Shown here one piece after another: positions 1 to 13,709 of a stretch of 64,000 nucleotides of DNA. Position numbers and translations under genes: made by a program. Origin of the DNA: Auanema rhodensis (lineage: Eukaryota; Animalia; Nematoda); contig OZ059894.1 of the NCBI GenBank assembly GCA_964057225.1, positions 24,366,001 to 24,430,000 of the forward strand. Reading direction: 5' to 3'. Numbering within the stretch: position 1 is the stretch's first letter; each line of letters begins with the position of its first letter. The notes beneath the pieces are model-generated. The model was not told the DNA's origin and did not search any database. It saw nothing but the letters and a program-made list of their open reading frames with translations.

Positions 1-176
1 TTCACGTGAAAGATGAAGAGATGCGGTTTTCAAAATTAGATTCCCTATGTCCATATTAGTCTAAAAACAAATTTTTATTGATATTGGTTCATGGTAACCA
101 TGACTTTGAAATTTACGTGAACTTTAATTTATGCTAATTAAATGTACACGTGATGTGCACTTGGTATGTAACTTGC
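1..176 (+). repeat. Representative 176-bp monomer (arbitrary phase)
   Basis: Direct reading; the next copy starts at 177. Confidence 0.98.
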
Positions 177-3100
177 TTCACGTGAAAGATAAAGAGATGC
201 GGTTTTCAAAATTAGATTGCCCATGTCCATATTAGTCTAAAAACAAATTTTTATTGATATTGGTGCATGGTAACCATGACTTTGAAATTTACGTGAACTT
301 TAATTTATGCTAATTAAATGTACACGTGATGGGCCCTTGGTATGTAACTCGCTTCACGTGAAAGATAAAGAGATGCGGTTTTCAAAATTAGATTCCCCAT
401 GTCCATATTAGTCTAAAAACAAATTTTTATTGATATTGGTGCATGGTAACCATGACTTTGAAATTTACGTGAACTTTAATTTATGCTAATTAAATGTACA
501 CGTGATGTGCACTTGGTATGTAACTCGCTTCACGTGAAAGATAAAGAGATGCGGTTTTCAAAATTAGATTCCCCATGTCCATATTAGTCTAAAAACAAAT
601 TTTTATTGATATTGGTTCATGGTAACCATGACTTTGAAATTTACGTGAACTTTAATTTATGCTAATTAAATGTACACGTGATGTGCACTTGGTATGTAAC
701 TCGCTTCACGTGAAAGATAAAGAGATGCGGTTTTCAAAATTAGATTCCCCATGTCCATATTAGTCTAAAAACAAATTTTTATTGATATTGGTGCATGGTA
801 ACCATGACTTTGAAATTTACGTGAACTTTAATTTATGCTAATTAAATGTACACGTGATGTGCCCTTGGTATGTAACTCGCTTCACGTGAAAGATAAAGAG
901 ATGCGGTTTTCAAAATTAGATTCCCCATGTCCATATTAGTCTAAAAACAAATTTTTATTGATATTGGTGCATGGTAACCATGACTTTGAAATTTACGTGA
1001 ACTTTAATTTATGCTAATTAAATGTACACGTGATGTGCACTTGGTATGTAACTCGCTTCACGTGAAAGATAAAGAGATGCGGTTTTCAAAATTAGATTCC
1101 CCATGTCCATATTAGTCTAAAAACAAATTTTTATTGATATTGGTGCATGGTAACCATGACTTTGAAATTTACGTGAACTTTAATTTATGCTAATTAAATG
1201 TACACGTGATGTGCACTTGGTATGTAACTCGCTTCACGTGAAAGATAAAGAGATGCGGTTTTCAAAATTAAATTTCCCATGTCCATATTAGTCTAAAAAC
1301 AAATTTTTATTGATATTGGTGCATGGTAACCATGACTTTGAAATTTACGTGAACTTTAATTTATGCTAATTAAATGTACACGTGATGTGCACTTGGTATG
1401 TAACTCGCTTCACGTGAAAGATAAAGAGATGCGGTTTTCAAAATTAGATTCCCCATGTCCATATTAGTCTAAAAACAAATTTTTATTGATATTGGTTCAT
1501 GGTAACCATGACTTTGAAATTTACGTGAACTTTAATTTATGCTAATTAAATGTACACGTGATGTGCACTTGGTATGTAACTCGCTTCACGTTAAAGATAA
1601 AGAGATGCGTTTTTCAAAATTAAATTTCCCATGTCCATATTAGTCTAAAAACAAATTTTTATTGATATTGGTGCATGGTAACCATGACTTTGAAATTTAC
1701 GTGAACTTTAATTTATGCTAATTAAATGTACACGTGATGTGCACTTGGTATGTAACTCGCTTCACGTGAAAGATAAAGAGATGCGGTTTTCAAAATTAGA
1801 TTCCCCATGTCCATATTAGTCTAAAAACAAATTTTTATTGATATTGGTTCATGGTAACCATGACTTTGAAATTTACGTGAACTTTAATTTATGCTAATTA
1901 AATGTACACGTGATGTGCACTTGGTATGTAACTCGCTTCACGTTAAAGATAAAGAGATGCGTTTTTCAAAATTAGATTCCCCCTGTCCATATTAGTCTAA
2001 AAACAAATTTTTATTGATATTGGTTCATGGTAACCATGACTTTGAAATTTACGTGAACTTTAATTTATGCTAATTAAATGTACACGTGATGTGCACTTGG
2101 TATGTAACTCGCTTCACGTGAAAGATAAAGAGATGCGGTTTTCAAAATTAGATTGCCCATGTCCATATTAGTCTAAAAACAAATTTTTATTGATATTGGT
2201 GCATGGTAACCATGACTTTGAAATTTACGTGAACTTTAATTTATGCTAATTAAATGTACACGTGATGTGCCCTTGGTATGTAACTCGCTTCACGTGAAAG
2301 ATAAAGAGATGCGGTTTTCAAAATTAGATTCCCCATGTCCATATTAGTCTAAAAACAAATTTTTATTGATATTGGTGCATGGTAACCATGACTTTGAAAT
2401 TTACGTGAACTTTAATTTATGCTAATTAAATGTACACGTGATGTGCACTTGGTATGTAACTCGCTTCACGTGAAAGATAAAGAGATGCGGTTTTCAAAAT
2501 TAGATTCCCCATGTCCATATTAGTCTAAAAACAAATTTTTATTGATATTGGTTCATGGTAACCATGACTTTGAAATTTACGTGAACTTTAATTTATGCTA
2601 ATTAAATGTACACGTGATGTGCACTTGGTATGTAACTCGCTTCACGTGAAAGATAAAGAGATGCGGTTTTCAAAATTAGATTCCCCATGTCCATATTAGT
2701 CTAAAAACAAATTTTTATTGATATTGGTGCATGGTAACCATGACTTTGAAATTTACGTGAACTTTAATTTATGCTAATTAAATGTACACGTGATGTGCCC
2801 TTGGTATGTAACTCGCTTCACGTGAAAGATAAAGAGATGCGGTTTTCAAAATTAGATTCCCCATGTCCATATTAGTCTAAAAACAAATTTTTATTGATAT
2901 TGGTGCATGGTAACCATGACTTTGAAATTTACGTGAACTTTAATTTATGCTAATTAAATGTACACGTGATGTGCACTTGGTATGTAACTCGCTTCACGTG
3001 AAAGATAAAGAGATGCGGTTTTCAAAATTAGATTCCCCATGTCCATATTAGTCTAAAAACAAATTTTTATTGATATTGGTGCATGGTAACCATGACTTTT

Positions 3101-3550
3101 AAATTTACGTGAACTTTAATTTATGCTAATTAAATGTACACGTGATGTGCACTTGGTATGTAACTCGCTTCACGTGAAAGATAAAGAGATGCGGTTTTCA
3201 AAATTAAATTTCCCATGTCCATATTAGTCTAAAAACAAATTTTTATTGATATTGGTGCATGGTAACCATGACTTTGAAATTTACGTGAACTTTAATTTAT
3301 GCTAATTAAATGTACACGTGATGTGCACTTGGTATGTAACTCGCTTCACGTAAAAGATAAAGAGACGCGGTTTTCAAAATTAGATTCCCCATGTCCATAT
3401 TAGTCTAAAAACAAATTTTTATTGATATTGGTTCATGGTAACCATGACTTTGAAATTTACGTGAACTTTAATTTATGCTAATTAAATGTACACGTGATGT
3501 GCACTTGGTATGTAACTCGCTTCACGTTAAAGATAAAGAGATGCGTTTTT
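177..3550 (+). repeat. 11-monomer (1936-bp) higher-order duplication, slightly diverged
   Basis: Variant pairs exactly 1936 bp apart: 219/2155 (GATTGCCC), 335/2271 and 863/2799 (GCCCTT), 1271/3207 (TTAAATTTCC), 1592/3528 (CACGTT). Confidence 0.8.
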
Positions 3551-6142
3551 CAAAATTAGATTCCCCCTGTCCATATTAGTCTAAAAACAAATTTTTATTG
3601 ATATTGGTTCATGGTAACCATGACTTTGAAATTTACGTGAACTTCAATTTATGCTAATTAAATGTACACGTGATGTGCACTTGGTATGTAACTCGCTTCA
3701 CGTGAAAGATGAAGAGATGCGGTTTTCAAAATTAGATTCCCTATGTCCATAATAGTCTAAAAACAAATTTTTATTGATATTGGTTCATGGTAACCATGAC
3801 TTTGAAATTTACGTGAACTTTAATTTATGCTAATTAAATGTACACGTGATGTGCACTTGGTATGTAACTCGCTTCACGTGAAAGATAAAGAGATGCGGTT
3901 TTCAAAATTAGATTGCCCATGTCCATATTAGTCTAAAAACAAATTTTTATTGATATTGGTTCATGGTAACCATGACTTTGAAATTTACGTGAACTTTAAT
4001 TTATGCTAATTAAATGTACACGTGATGTGCACTTGGTATGTAACTCGCTTCACGTGAAAGATAAAGAGATGCGGTTTTCAAAATTAGATTCCCCATGTCC
4101 ATATTAGTCTAAAAACAAATTTTTATTGATATTGGTTCATGGTAACCATGACTTTGAAATTTACGTGAACTTTAATTTATGCTAATTAAATGTACACGTG
4201 ATGTGCCCTTGGTATGTAACTCGCTTCACGTGAAAGATAAAGAGATGCGGTTTTCAAAATTAGATTCCCCATGTCCATATTAGTCTAAAAACAAATTTTT
4301 ATTGATATTGGTGCATGGTAACCATGACTTTGAAATTTACGTGAACTTTAATTTATGCTAATTAAATGTACACGTGATGTGCACTTGGTATGTAACTCGC
4401 TTCACGTGAAAGATAAAGAAATGCGGTTTTCAAAATTAGATTCCCCATGTCCATATTAGTCTAAAAACAAATTTTTATTGATATTGGTGCATGGTAACCA
4501 TGACTTTGAAATTTACGTGAACTTTAATTTATGCTAATTAAATGTACACGTGATGTGCACTCGGTATGTAACTCGCTTCACGTGAAAGATAAAGAGATGC
4601 GGTTTTCAAAATTAAATTTCCCATGTCCATATTAGTCTAAAAACAAATTTTTATTGATATTGGTGCATGGTAACCATGACTTTGAAATTTACGTGAACTT
4701 TAATTTATGCTAATTAAATGTACACGTGATGTGCACTTGGTATGTAACTCGCTTCACGTGAAAGATAAAGAGATGCGGTTTTCAAAATTAGATTCCCCAT
4801 GTCCATATTAGTCTAAAAACAAATTTTTATTGATATTGGTTCATGATAACCATGACTTTGAAATTTACGTGAACTTTAATTTATGCTAATTAAATGTACA
4901 CGTGATGTGCACTTGGTATGTAACTCGCTTCACGTGAAAGATAAAGAGATGCGGTTTTCAAAATTAGATTCCCCATGTCCATATTAGTCTAAAAACAAAT
5001 TTTTATTGATATTGGTTCATGGTAACCATGACTTTGAAATTTACGTGAACTTTAATTTATGCTAATTAAATGTACACGTGATGTGCACTTGGTATGTAAC
5101 TCGCTTCACGTGAAAGATAAAGAAATGCGGTTTTCAAAATTAGATTCCCCATGTCCATATTAGTCTAAAAACAAATTTTTATTGATATTGGTGCATGGTA
5201 ACCATGACTTTGAAATTTACGTGAACTTTAATTTATGCTAATTAAATGTACACGTGATGTGCACTCGGTATGTAACTCGCTTCACGTGAAAGATAAAGAG
5301 ATGCGGTTTTCAAAATTAGATTCCCCATGTCCATATTAGTCTAAAAACAAATTTTTATTGATATTGGTGCATGGTAACCATGACTTTGAAATTTACGTGA
5401 ACTTTAATTTATGCTAATTAAATGTACACGTGATGTGCACTTGGTATGTAACTCGCTTCACGTGAAAGATAAAGAGATGCGGTTTTCAAAATTAGATTCC
5501 CCATGTCCATATTAGTCTAAAAACAAATTTTTATTGATATTGGTTCATGATAACCATGACTTTGAAATTTACGTGAATTTTAATTTATGCTAATTAAATG
5601 TACACGTGATGTGCACTTGGTACGTAACTCGCTTCACGTGAAAGATAAAGAGATGCGGTTTTCAAAATTAGATTCCCCCTGTCCATATTAGTCTAAAAAC
5701 AAATTTTATTGATATTGGTTCATGGTAACCATGACTTTGAAATTTACGTGAACTTTAATTTATGCTAATTAAATGTACACGTGATGTGCACTTGGTATGT
5801 AACTCGCTTCACGTGAAAGATAAAGAGATGCGGTTTTCAAAATTAGATTCCCCATGTCCATATTAGTCTAAAAACAAATTTTTATTGATATTGGTTCATG
5901 GTAACCATGACTTTGAAATTTACGTGAACTTTAATTTATGCTAATTAAATGTACACGTGATGTGCACTTGGTATGTAACTCGCTTCACGTGAAAGATAAA
6001 GAGATGCGGTTTTCAAAATTAGATTCCCCATGTCCATATTAGTCTAAAAACAAATTTTTATTGATATTGGTGCATGGTAACCATGACTTTGAAATTTACG
6101 TGAACTTTAATTTATGCTAATTAAATGTACACGTGATGTGCC

Positions 6143-9063
6143 CTTGGTATGTAACTCGCTTCACGTGAAAGATAAAGAGATGCGGTTTTCAAAATTAGAT
6201 TCCCCATGTCCATATTAGTCTAAAAACAAATTTTTATTGATATTGGTGCATGGTAACCATGACTTTGAAATTTACGTGAACTTTAATTTATGCTAATTAA
6301 ATGTACACGTGATGTGCACTTGGTATGTAACTCGCTTCACGTGAAAGATAAAGAGATGCGGTTTTCAAAATTAAATTTCCCATGTCCATATTAGTCTAAA
6401 AACAAATTTTTATTGATATTGGTGCATGGTAACCATGACTTTGAAATTTACGTGAACTTTAATTTATGCTAATTAAATGTACACGTGATGTGCACTTGGT
6501 ATGTAACTCGCTTCACGTGAAAGATAAAGAGATGCGGTTTTCAAAATTAGATTCCCCATGTCCATATTAGTCTAAAAACAAATTTTTATTGATATTGGTT
6601 CATGGTAACCATGACTTTGAAATTTACGTGAACTTTAATTTATGCTAATTAAATGTACACGTGATGTGCACTTGGTATGTAACTCGCTTCACGTGAAAGA
6701 TAAAGAGATGCGGTTTCCAAAATTAGATTCCCCATGTCCATATTAGTCTAAAAAAAAATTTTTATTGATATTGGTTCATGGTAACCATGACTTTGAAATT
6801 TACGTGAACTTTAATTTATGCTAATTAAATGTACACGTGATGTGCACTTGGTATGTAACTCGCTTCACGTGAAAGATAAAGAGATGCCGTTTTCAAAATT
6901 AGATTCCTCATGTCCATATTAGTCTAAAAACAAATTTTTATTGATATTGGTGCATGGTAACCATGACTTTGAAATTTACGTGAACTTTAATTTATGCTAA
7001 TTAAATGTACACGTGATGTGCACTTGGTATGTAACTCGCTTCACGTGAAAGATAAAGAGATGCCGTTTTCAAAATTAGATTCCTCATGTCCATATTAGTC
7101 TAAAAACAAATTTTTATTGATATTGGTGCATGGTAACCATGACTTTGAAATTTACGTGAACTTTAATTTATGCTAATTAAATGTACACGTGATGTGCACT
7201 TGGTATGTAACTCGCTTCACGTGAAAGATAAAGAGATGCGGTTTTTAAAATTAGATTCCCCATGTCCATATTAGTCTAAAAACAAATTTTTATTGATATT
7301 GGTTCATGGTAACCATGACTTTGAAATTTACGTGAACTTTAATTTATGCTAATTAAATGTACACGTGATGTGCACTTGGTATGTAACTCGCTTCACGTGA
7401 AAGATAAAGAGATGCCGTTTTCAAAATTAGATTCCTCATGTCCATATTAGTCTAAAAACAAATTTTTATTGATATTGGTGCATGGTAACCATGACTTTGA
7501 AATTTACGTGAACTTTAATTTATGCTAATTAAATGTACACGTGATGTGCACTTGGTATGTAACTCGCTTCACGTGAAAGATAAAGAGATGCGGTTTTCAA
7601 AATTAGATTCCCCATGTCCATATTAGTCTAAAAACAAATTTTTATTGATATTGGTGCATGGTAACCATGACTTTGAAATTTACGTGAACTTTAATTTATG
7701 CTAATTAAATGTACACGTGATGTGCACTTGGTATGTAACTCGCTTCACGTGAAAGATAAAGAGATGCGGTTTTCAAAATTAAATTTCCCATGTCCATATT
7801 AGTCTAAAAACAAATTTTTATTGATATTGGTGCATGGTAACCATGACTTTGAAATTTACGTGAACTTTAATTTATGCTAATTAAATGTACACGTGATGTG
7901 CACTTGGTATGTAACTCGCTTCACGTGAAAGATAAAGAGATGCGGTTTTCAAAATTAGATTCCCCATGTCCATATTAGTCTAAAAACAAATTTTTATTGA
8001 TATTGGTTCATGGTAACCATGACTTTGAAATTTACGTGAACTTTAATTTATGCTAATTAAATGTACACGTGATGTGCACTTGGTATGTAACTCGCTTCAC
8101 GTGAAAGATAAAGAGATGCGGTTTCCAAAATTAGATTCCCCATGTCCATATTAGTCTAAAAAAAAATTTTTATTGATATTGGTTCATGGTAACCATGACT
8201 TTGAAATTTACGTGAACTTTAATTTATGCTAATTAAATGTACACGTGATGTGCACTTGGTATGTAACTCGCTTCACGTGAAAGATAAAGAGATGCCGTTT
8301 TCAAAATTAGATTCCTCATGTCCATATTAGTCTAAAAACAAATTTTTATTGATATTGGTGCATGGTAACCATGACTTTGAAATTTACGTGAACTTTAATT
8401 TATGCTAATTAAATGTACACGTGATGTGCACTTGGTATGTAACTCGCTTCACGTGAAAGATAAAGAGATGCCGTTTTCAAAATTAGATTCCTCATGTCCA
8501 TATTAGTCTAAAAACAAATTTTTATTGATATTGGTGCATGGTAACCATGACTTTGAAATTTACGTGAACTTTAATTTATGCTAATTAAATGTACACGTGA
8601 TGTGCACTTGGTATGTAACTCGCTTCACGTGAAAGATAAAGAGATGCGGTTTTTAAAATTAGATTCCCCATGTCCATATTAGTCTAAAAACAAATTTTTA
8701 TTGATATTGGTTCATGGTAACCATGACTTTGAAATTTACGTGAACTTTAATTTATGCTAATTAAATGTACACGTGATGTGCACTTGGTATGTAACTCGCT
8801 TCACGTGAAAGATAAAGAGATGCCGTTTTCAAAATTAGATTCCTCATGTCCATATTAGTCTAAAAACAAATTTTTATTGATATTGGTGCATGGTAACCAT
8901 GACTTTGAAATTTACGTGAACTTTAATTTATGCTAATTAAATGTACACGTGATGTGCACTTGGTATGTAACTCGCTTCACGTGAAAGATAAAGAGATGCG
9001 GTTTTCAAAATTAGATTCCCCATGTCCATATTAGTCTAAAAACAAATTTTTATTGATATTGGT
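6143..9063 (+). repeat. 8-monomer (1408-bp) tandem duplication nested in the first 43-mer copy
   Basis: The TTTCC + AAAAAAAA monomer occurs at 6717/8125, followed by the same ordered GCCGT/CCTCAT and TTTTTAAAA monomers. Flanking mismatches are 6142 vs 7550 and 7656 vs 9064. Confidence 0.9.
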
Positions 9064-12000
9064 TCATGGTAACCATGACTTTGAAATTTACGTGAACTTT
9101 AATTTATGCTAATTAAATGTACACGTGATGTGCACTTGGTATGTAACTCGCTTCACGTGAAAGATAAAGAGATGCGGTTTTCAAAATTAGATTCCCCATG
9201 TCCATATTAGTCTAAAAACAAATTTTTATTGATATTGGTGCATGGTAACCATGACTTTGAAATTTACGTGAACTTCAATTTATGCTAATTAAATGTACAC
9301 GTGATGTGCACTTGGTATGTAACTCGCTTCACGTGAAAGATAAAGAGATGCGGTTTTCAAAATTAGATTCCCCATGTCCATATTAGTCTAAAAACAAATT
9401 TTTATTGATATTGGTGCATGGTAACCATGACTTTGAAATTTACGTGAACTTTAATTTATGCTAATTAAATGTACACGTGATGTGCACTTGGTATGTAACT
9501 CGCTTCACGTGAAAGATAAAGAGATGCGGTTTTCAAAATTAAATTTCCCATGTCCATATTAGTCTAAAAACAAATTTTTATTGATATTGGTGCATGGTAA
9601 CCATGACTTTGAAATTTACGTGAACTTTAATTTATGCTAATTAAATGTACACGTGATGTGCACTTGGTATGTAACTCGCTTCACGTGAAAGATAAAGAGA
9701 TGCCGTTTTCAAAATTAGATTCCTCATGTCCATATTAGTCTAAAAACAAATTTTTATTGATATTGGTGCATGGTAACCATGACTTTGAAATTTACGTGAA
9801 CTTTAATTTATGCTAATTAAATGTACACGTGATGTGCACTTGGTATGTAACTCGCTTCACGTGAAAGATAAAGAGATGCGGTTTTCAAAATTAGATTCCC
9901 CATGTCCATATTAGTCTAAAAACAAATTTTTATTGATATTGGTTCATGGTAACCATGACTTTGAAATTTACGTGAACTTTAATTTATGCTAATTAAATGT
10001 ACACGTGATGTGCACTTGGTATGTAACTCGCTTCACGTGAAAGATAAAGAGATGCGGTTTTCAAAATTAGATTCCCCATGTCCATATTAGTCTAAAAACG
10101 AATTTTTATTGATATTGGTGCATGGTAACCATGACTTTGAAATTTACGTGAACTTTAGTTTATGCTAATTAAATGTACACGTGATGTGCACTTGGTATGT
10201 AACTCGCTTCACGTGAAAGATAAAGAGATGCGGTTTTCAAAATTAGATTCCCTATGTCCATATTAGTCTAAAAACAAATTTTTATTGATATTGGTGCATG
10301 GTAACCATGACTTTGAAATTTACGTGAACTTTAATTTATGCTAATTAAATGTACACGTGATGTGCACTTGGTATGTAACTCGCTTCACGTGAAAGATAAA
10401 GAGATGCGGTTTTCAAAATTAGATTCCCCATGTCCATATTAGTCTAAAAACAAATTTTTATTGATATTGGTGCATGGTAACCATGACTTTGAAATTTACG
10501 TGAACTTTAATTTATGCTAATTAAATGTACACGTGATGTGCACTTGGTATGTAACTCGCTTCACGTGAAAGATAAAGAGATGCGGTTTTCAAAATTAGAT
10601 TCCCCATGTCCATATTAGTCTAAAAACAAATTTTTATTGATATTGGTGCATGGTAACCATGACTTTTAAATTTACGTGAACTTTAATTTATGCTAATTAA
10701 ATGTACACGTGATGTGCACTTGGTATGTAACTCGCTTCACGTGAAAGATAAAGAGATGCGGTTTTCAAAATTAAATTTCCCATGTCCATATTAGTCTAAA
10801 AACAAATTTTTATTGATATTGGTGCATGGTAACCATGACTTTGAAATTTACGTGAACTTTAATTTATGCTAATTAAATGTACACGTGATGTGCACTTGGT
10901 ATGTAACTCGCTTCACGTAAAAGATAAAGAGACGCGGTTTTCAAAATTAGATTCCCCATGTCCATATTAGTCTAAAAACAAATTTTTATTGATATTGGTT
11001 CATGGTAACCATGACTTTGAAATTTACGTGAACTTTAATTTATGCTAATTAAATGTACACGTGATGTGCACTTGGTATGTAACTCGCTTCACGTTAAAGA
11101 TAAAGAGATGCGTTTTTCAAAATTAGATTCCCCCTGTCCATATTAGTCTAAAAACAAATTTTTATTGATATTGGTTCATGGTAACCATGACTTTGAAATT
11201 TACGTGAACTTCAATTTATGCTAATTAAATGTACACGTGATGTGCACTTGGTATGTAACTCGCTTCACGTGAAAGATGAAGAGATGCGGTTTTCAAAATT
11301 AGATTCCCTATGTCCATAATAGTCTAAAAACAAATTTTTATTGATATTGGTTCATGGTAACCATGACTTTGAAATTTACGTGAACTTTAATTTATGCTAA
11401 TTAAATGTACACGTGATGTGCACTTGGTATGTAACTCGCTTCACGTGAAAGATAAAGAGATGCGGTTTTCAAAATTAGATTGCCCATGTCCATATTAGTC
11501 TAAAAACAAATTTTTATTGATATTGGTTCATGGTAACCATGACTTTGAAATTTACGTGAACTTTAATTTATGCTAATTAAATGTACACGTGATGTGCACT
11601 TGGTATGTAACTCGCTTCACGTGAAAGATAAAGAGATGCGGTTTTCAAAATTAGATTCCCCATGTCCATATTAGTCTAAAAACAAATTTTTATTGATATT
11701 GGTTCATGGTAACCATGACTTTGAAATTTACGTGAACTTTAATTTATGCTAATTAAATGTACACGTGATGTGCCCTTGGTATGTAACTCGCTTCACGTGA
11801 AAGATAAAGAGATGCGGTTTTCAAAATTAGATTCCCCATGTCCATATTAGTCTAAAAACAAATTTTTATTGATATTGGTGCATGGTAACCATGACTTTGA
11901 AATTTACGTGAACTTTAATTTATGCTAATTAAATGTACACGTGATGTGCACTTGGTATGTAACTCGCTTCACGTGAAAGATAAAGAAATGCGGTTTTCAA

Positions 12001-13709
12001 AATTAGATTCCCCATGTCCATATTAGTCTAAAAACAAATTTTTATTGATATTGGTGCATGGTAACCATGACTTTGAAATTTACGTGAACTTTAATTTATG
12101 CTAATTAAATGTACACGTGATGTGCACTCGGTATGTAACTCGCTTCACGTGAAAGATAAAGAGATGCGGTTTTCAAAATTAAATTTCCCATGTCCATATT
12201 AGTCTAAAAACAAATTTTTATTGATATTGGTGCATGGTAACCATGACTTTGAAATTTACGTGAACTTTAATTTATGCTAATTAAATGTACACGTGATGTG
12301 CACTTGGTATGTAACTCGCTTCACGTGAAAGATAAAGAGATGCGGTTTTCAAAATTAGATTCCCCATGTCCATATTAGTCTAAAAACAAATTTTTATTGA
12401 TATTGGTTCATGATAACCATGACTTTGAAATTTACGTGAACTTTAATTTATGCTAATTAAATGTACACGTGATGTGCACTTGGTATGTAACTCGCTTCAC
12501 GTGAAAGATAAAGAGATGCGGTTTTCAAAATTAGATTCCCCATGTCCATATTAGTCTAAAAACAAATTTTTATTGATATTGGTTCATGGTAACCATGACT
12601 TTGAAATTTACGTGAACTTTAATTTATGCTAATTAAATGTACACGTGATGTGCACTTGGTATGTAACTCGCTTCACGTGAAAGATAAAGAAATGCGGTTT
12701 TCAAAATTAGATTCCCCATGTCCATATTAGTCTAAAAACAAATTTTTATTGATATTGGTGCATGGTAACCATGACTTTGAAATTTACGTGAACTTTAATT
12801 TATGCTAATTAAATGTACACGTGATGTGCACTCGGTATGTAACTCGCTTCACGTGAAAGATAAAGAGATGCGGTTTTCAAAATTAGATTCCCCATGTCCA
12901 TATTAGTCTAAAAACAAATTTTTATTGATATTGGTGCATGGTAACCATGACTTTGAAATTTACGTGAACTTTAATTTATGCTAATTAAATGTACACGTGA
13001 TGTGCACTTGGTATGTAACTCGCTTCACGTGAAAGATAAAGAGATGCGGTTTTCAAAATTAGATTCCCCATGTCCATATTAGTCTAAAAACAAATTTTTA
13101 TTGATATTGGTTCATGATAACCATGACTTTGAAATTTACGTGAATTTTAATTTATGCTAATTAAATGTACACGTGATGTGCACTTGGTACGTAACTCGCT
13201 TCACGTGAAAGATAAAGAGATGCGGTTTTCAAAATTAGATTCCCCCTGTCCATATTAGTCTAAAAACAAATTTTATTGATATTGGTTCATGGTAACCATG
13301 ACTTTGAAATTTACGTGAACTTTAATTTATGCTAATTAAATGTACACGTGATGTGCACTTGGTATGTAACTCGCTTCACGTGAAAGATAAAGAGATGCGG
13401 TTTTCAAAATTAGATTCCCCATGTCCATATTAGTCTAAAAACAAATTTTTATTGATATTGGTTCATGGTAACCATGACTTTGAAATTTACGTGAACTTTA
13501 ATTTATGCTAATTAAATGTACACGTGATGTGCACTTGGTATGTAACTCGCTTCACGTGAAAGATAAAGAGATGCGGTTTTCAAAATTAGATTCCCCATGT
13601 CCATATTAGTCTAAAAACAAATTTTTATTGATATTGGTGCATGGTAACCATGACTTTGAAATTTACGTGAACTTTAATTTATGCTAATTAAATGTACACG
13701 TGATGTGCC

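Noticed and set aside
1-176. Assignment to a known satellite of similar size (honeybee AluI 176 bp, Brassica CentBr 176 bp, Arabidopsis CEN178, alpha satellite)
   Set aside because: Only the length matches. The consensus lacks AGCT and AAGCTT sites (AGCT appears only in a minority variant), and I recognise no sequence similarity. A BLAST search is needed.
1-176. CENP-B box (NTTCGNNNNANNCGGGN)
   Set aside because: The consensus has no TTCG...CGGG arrangement on either strand.
1-176. 5S rRNA, tRNA, snRNA or spliced-leader tandem gene array
   Set aside because: No recognisable conserved RNA gene sequence, A/B boxes or cloverleaf in the monomer.
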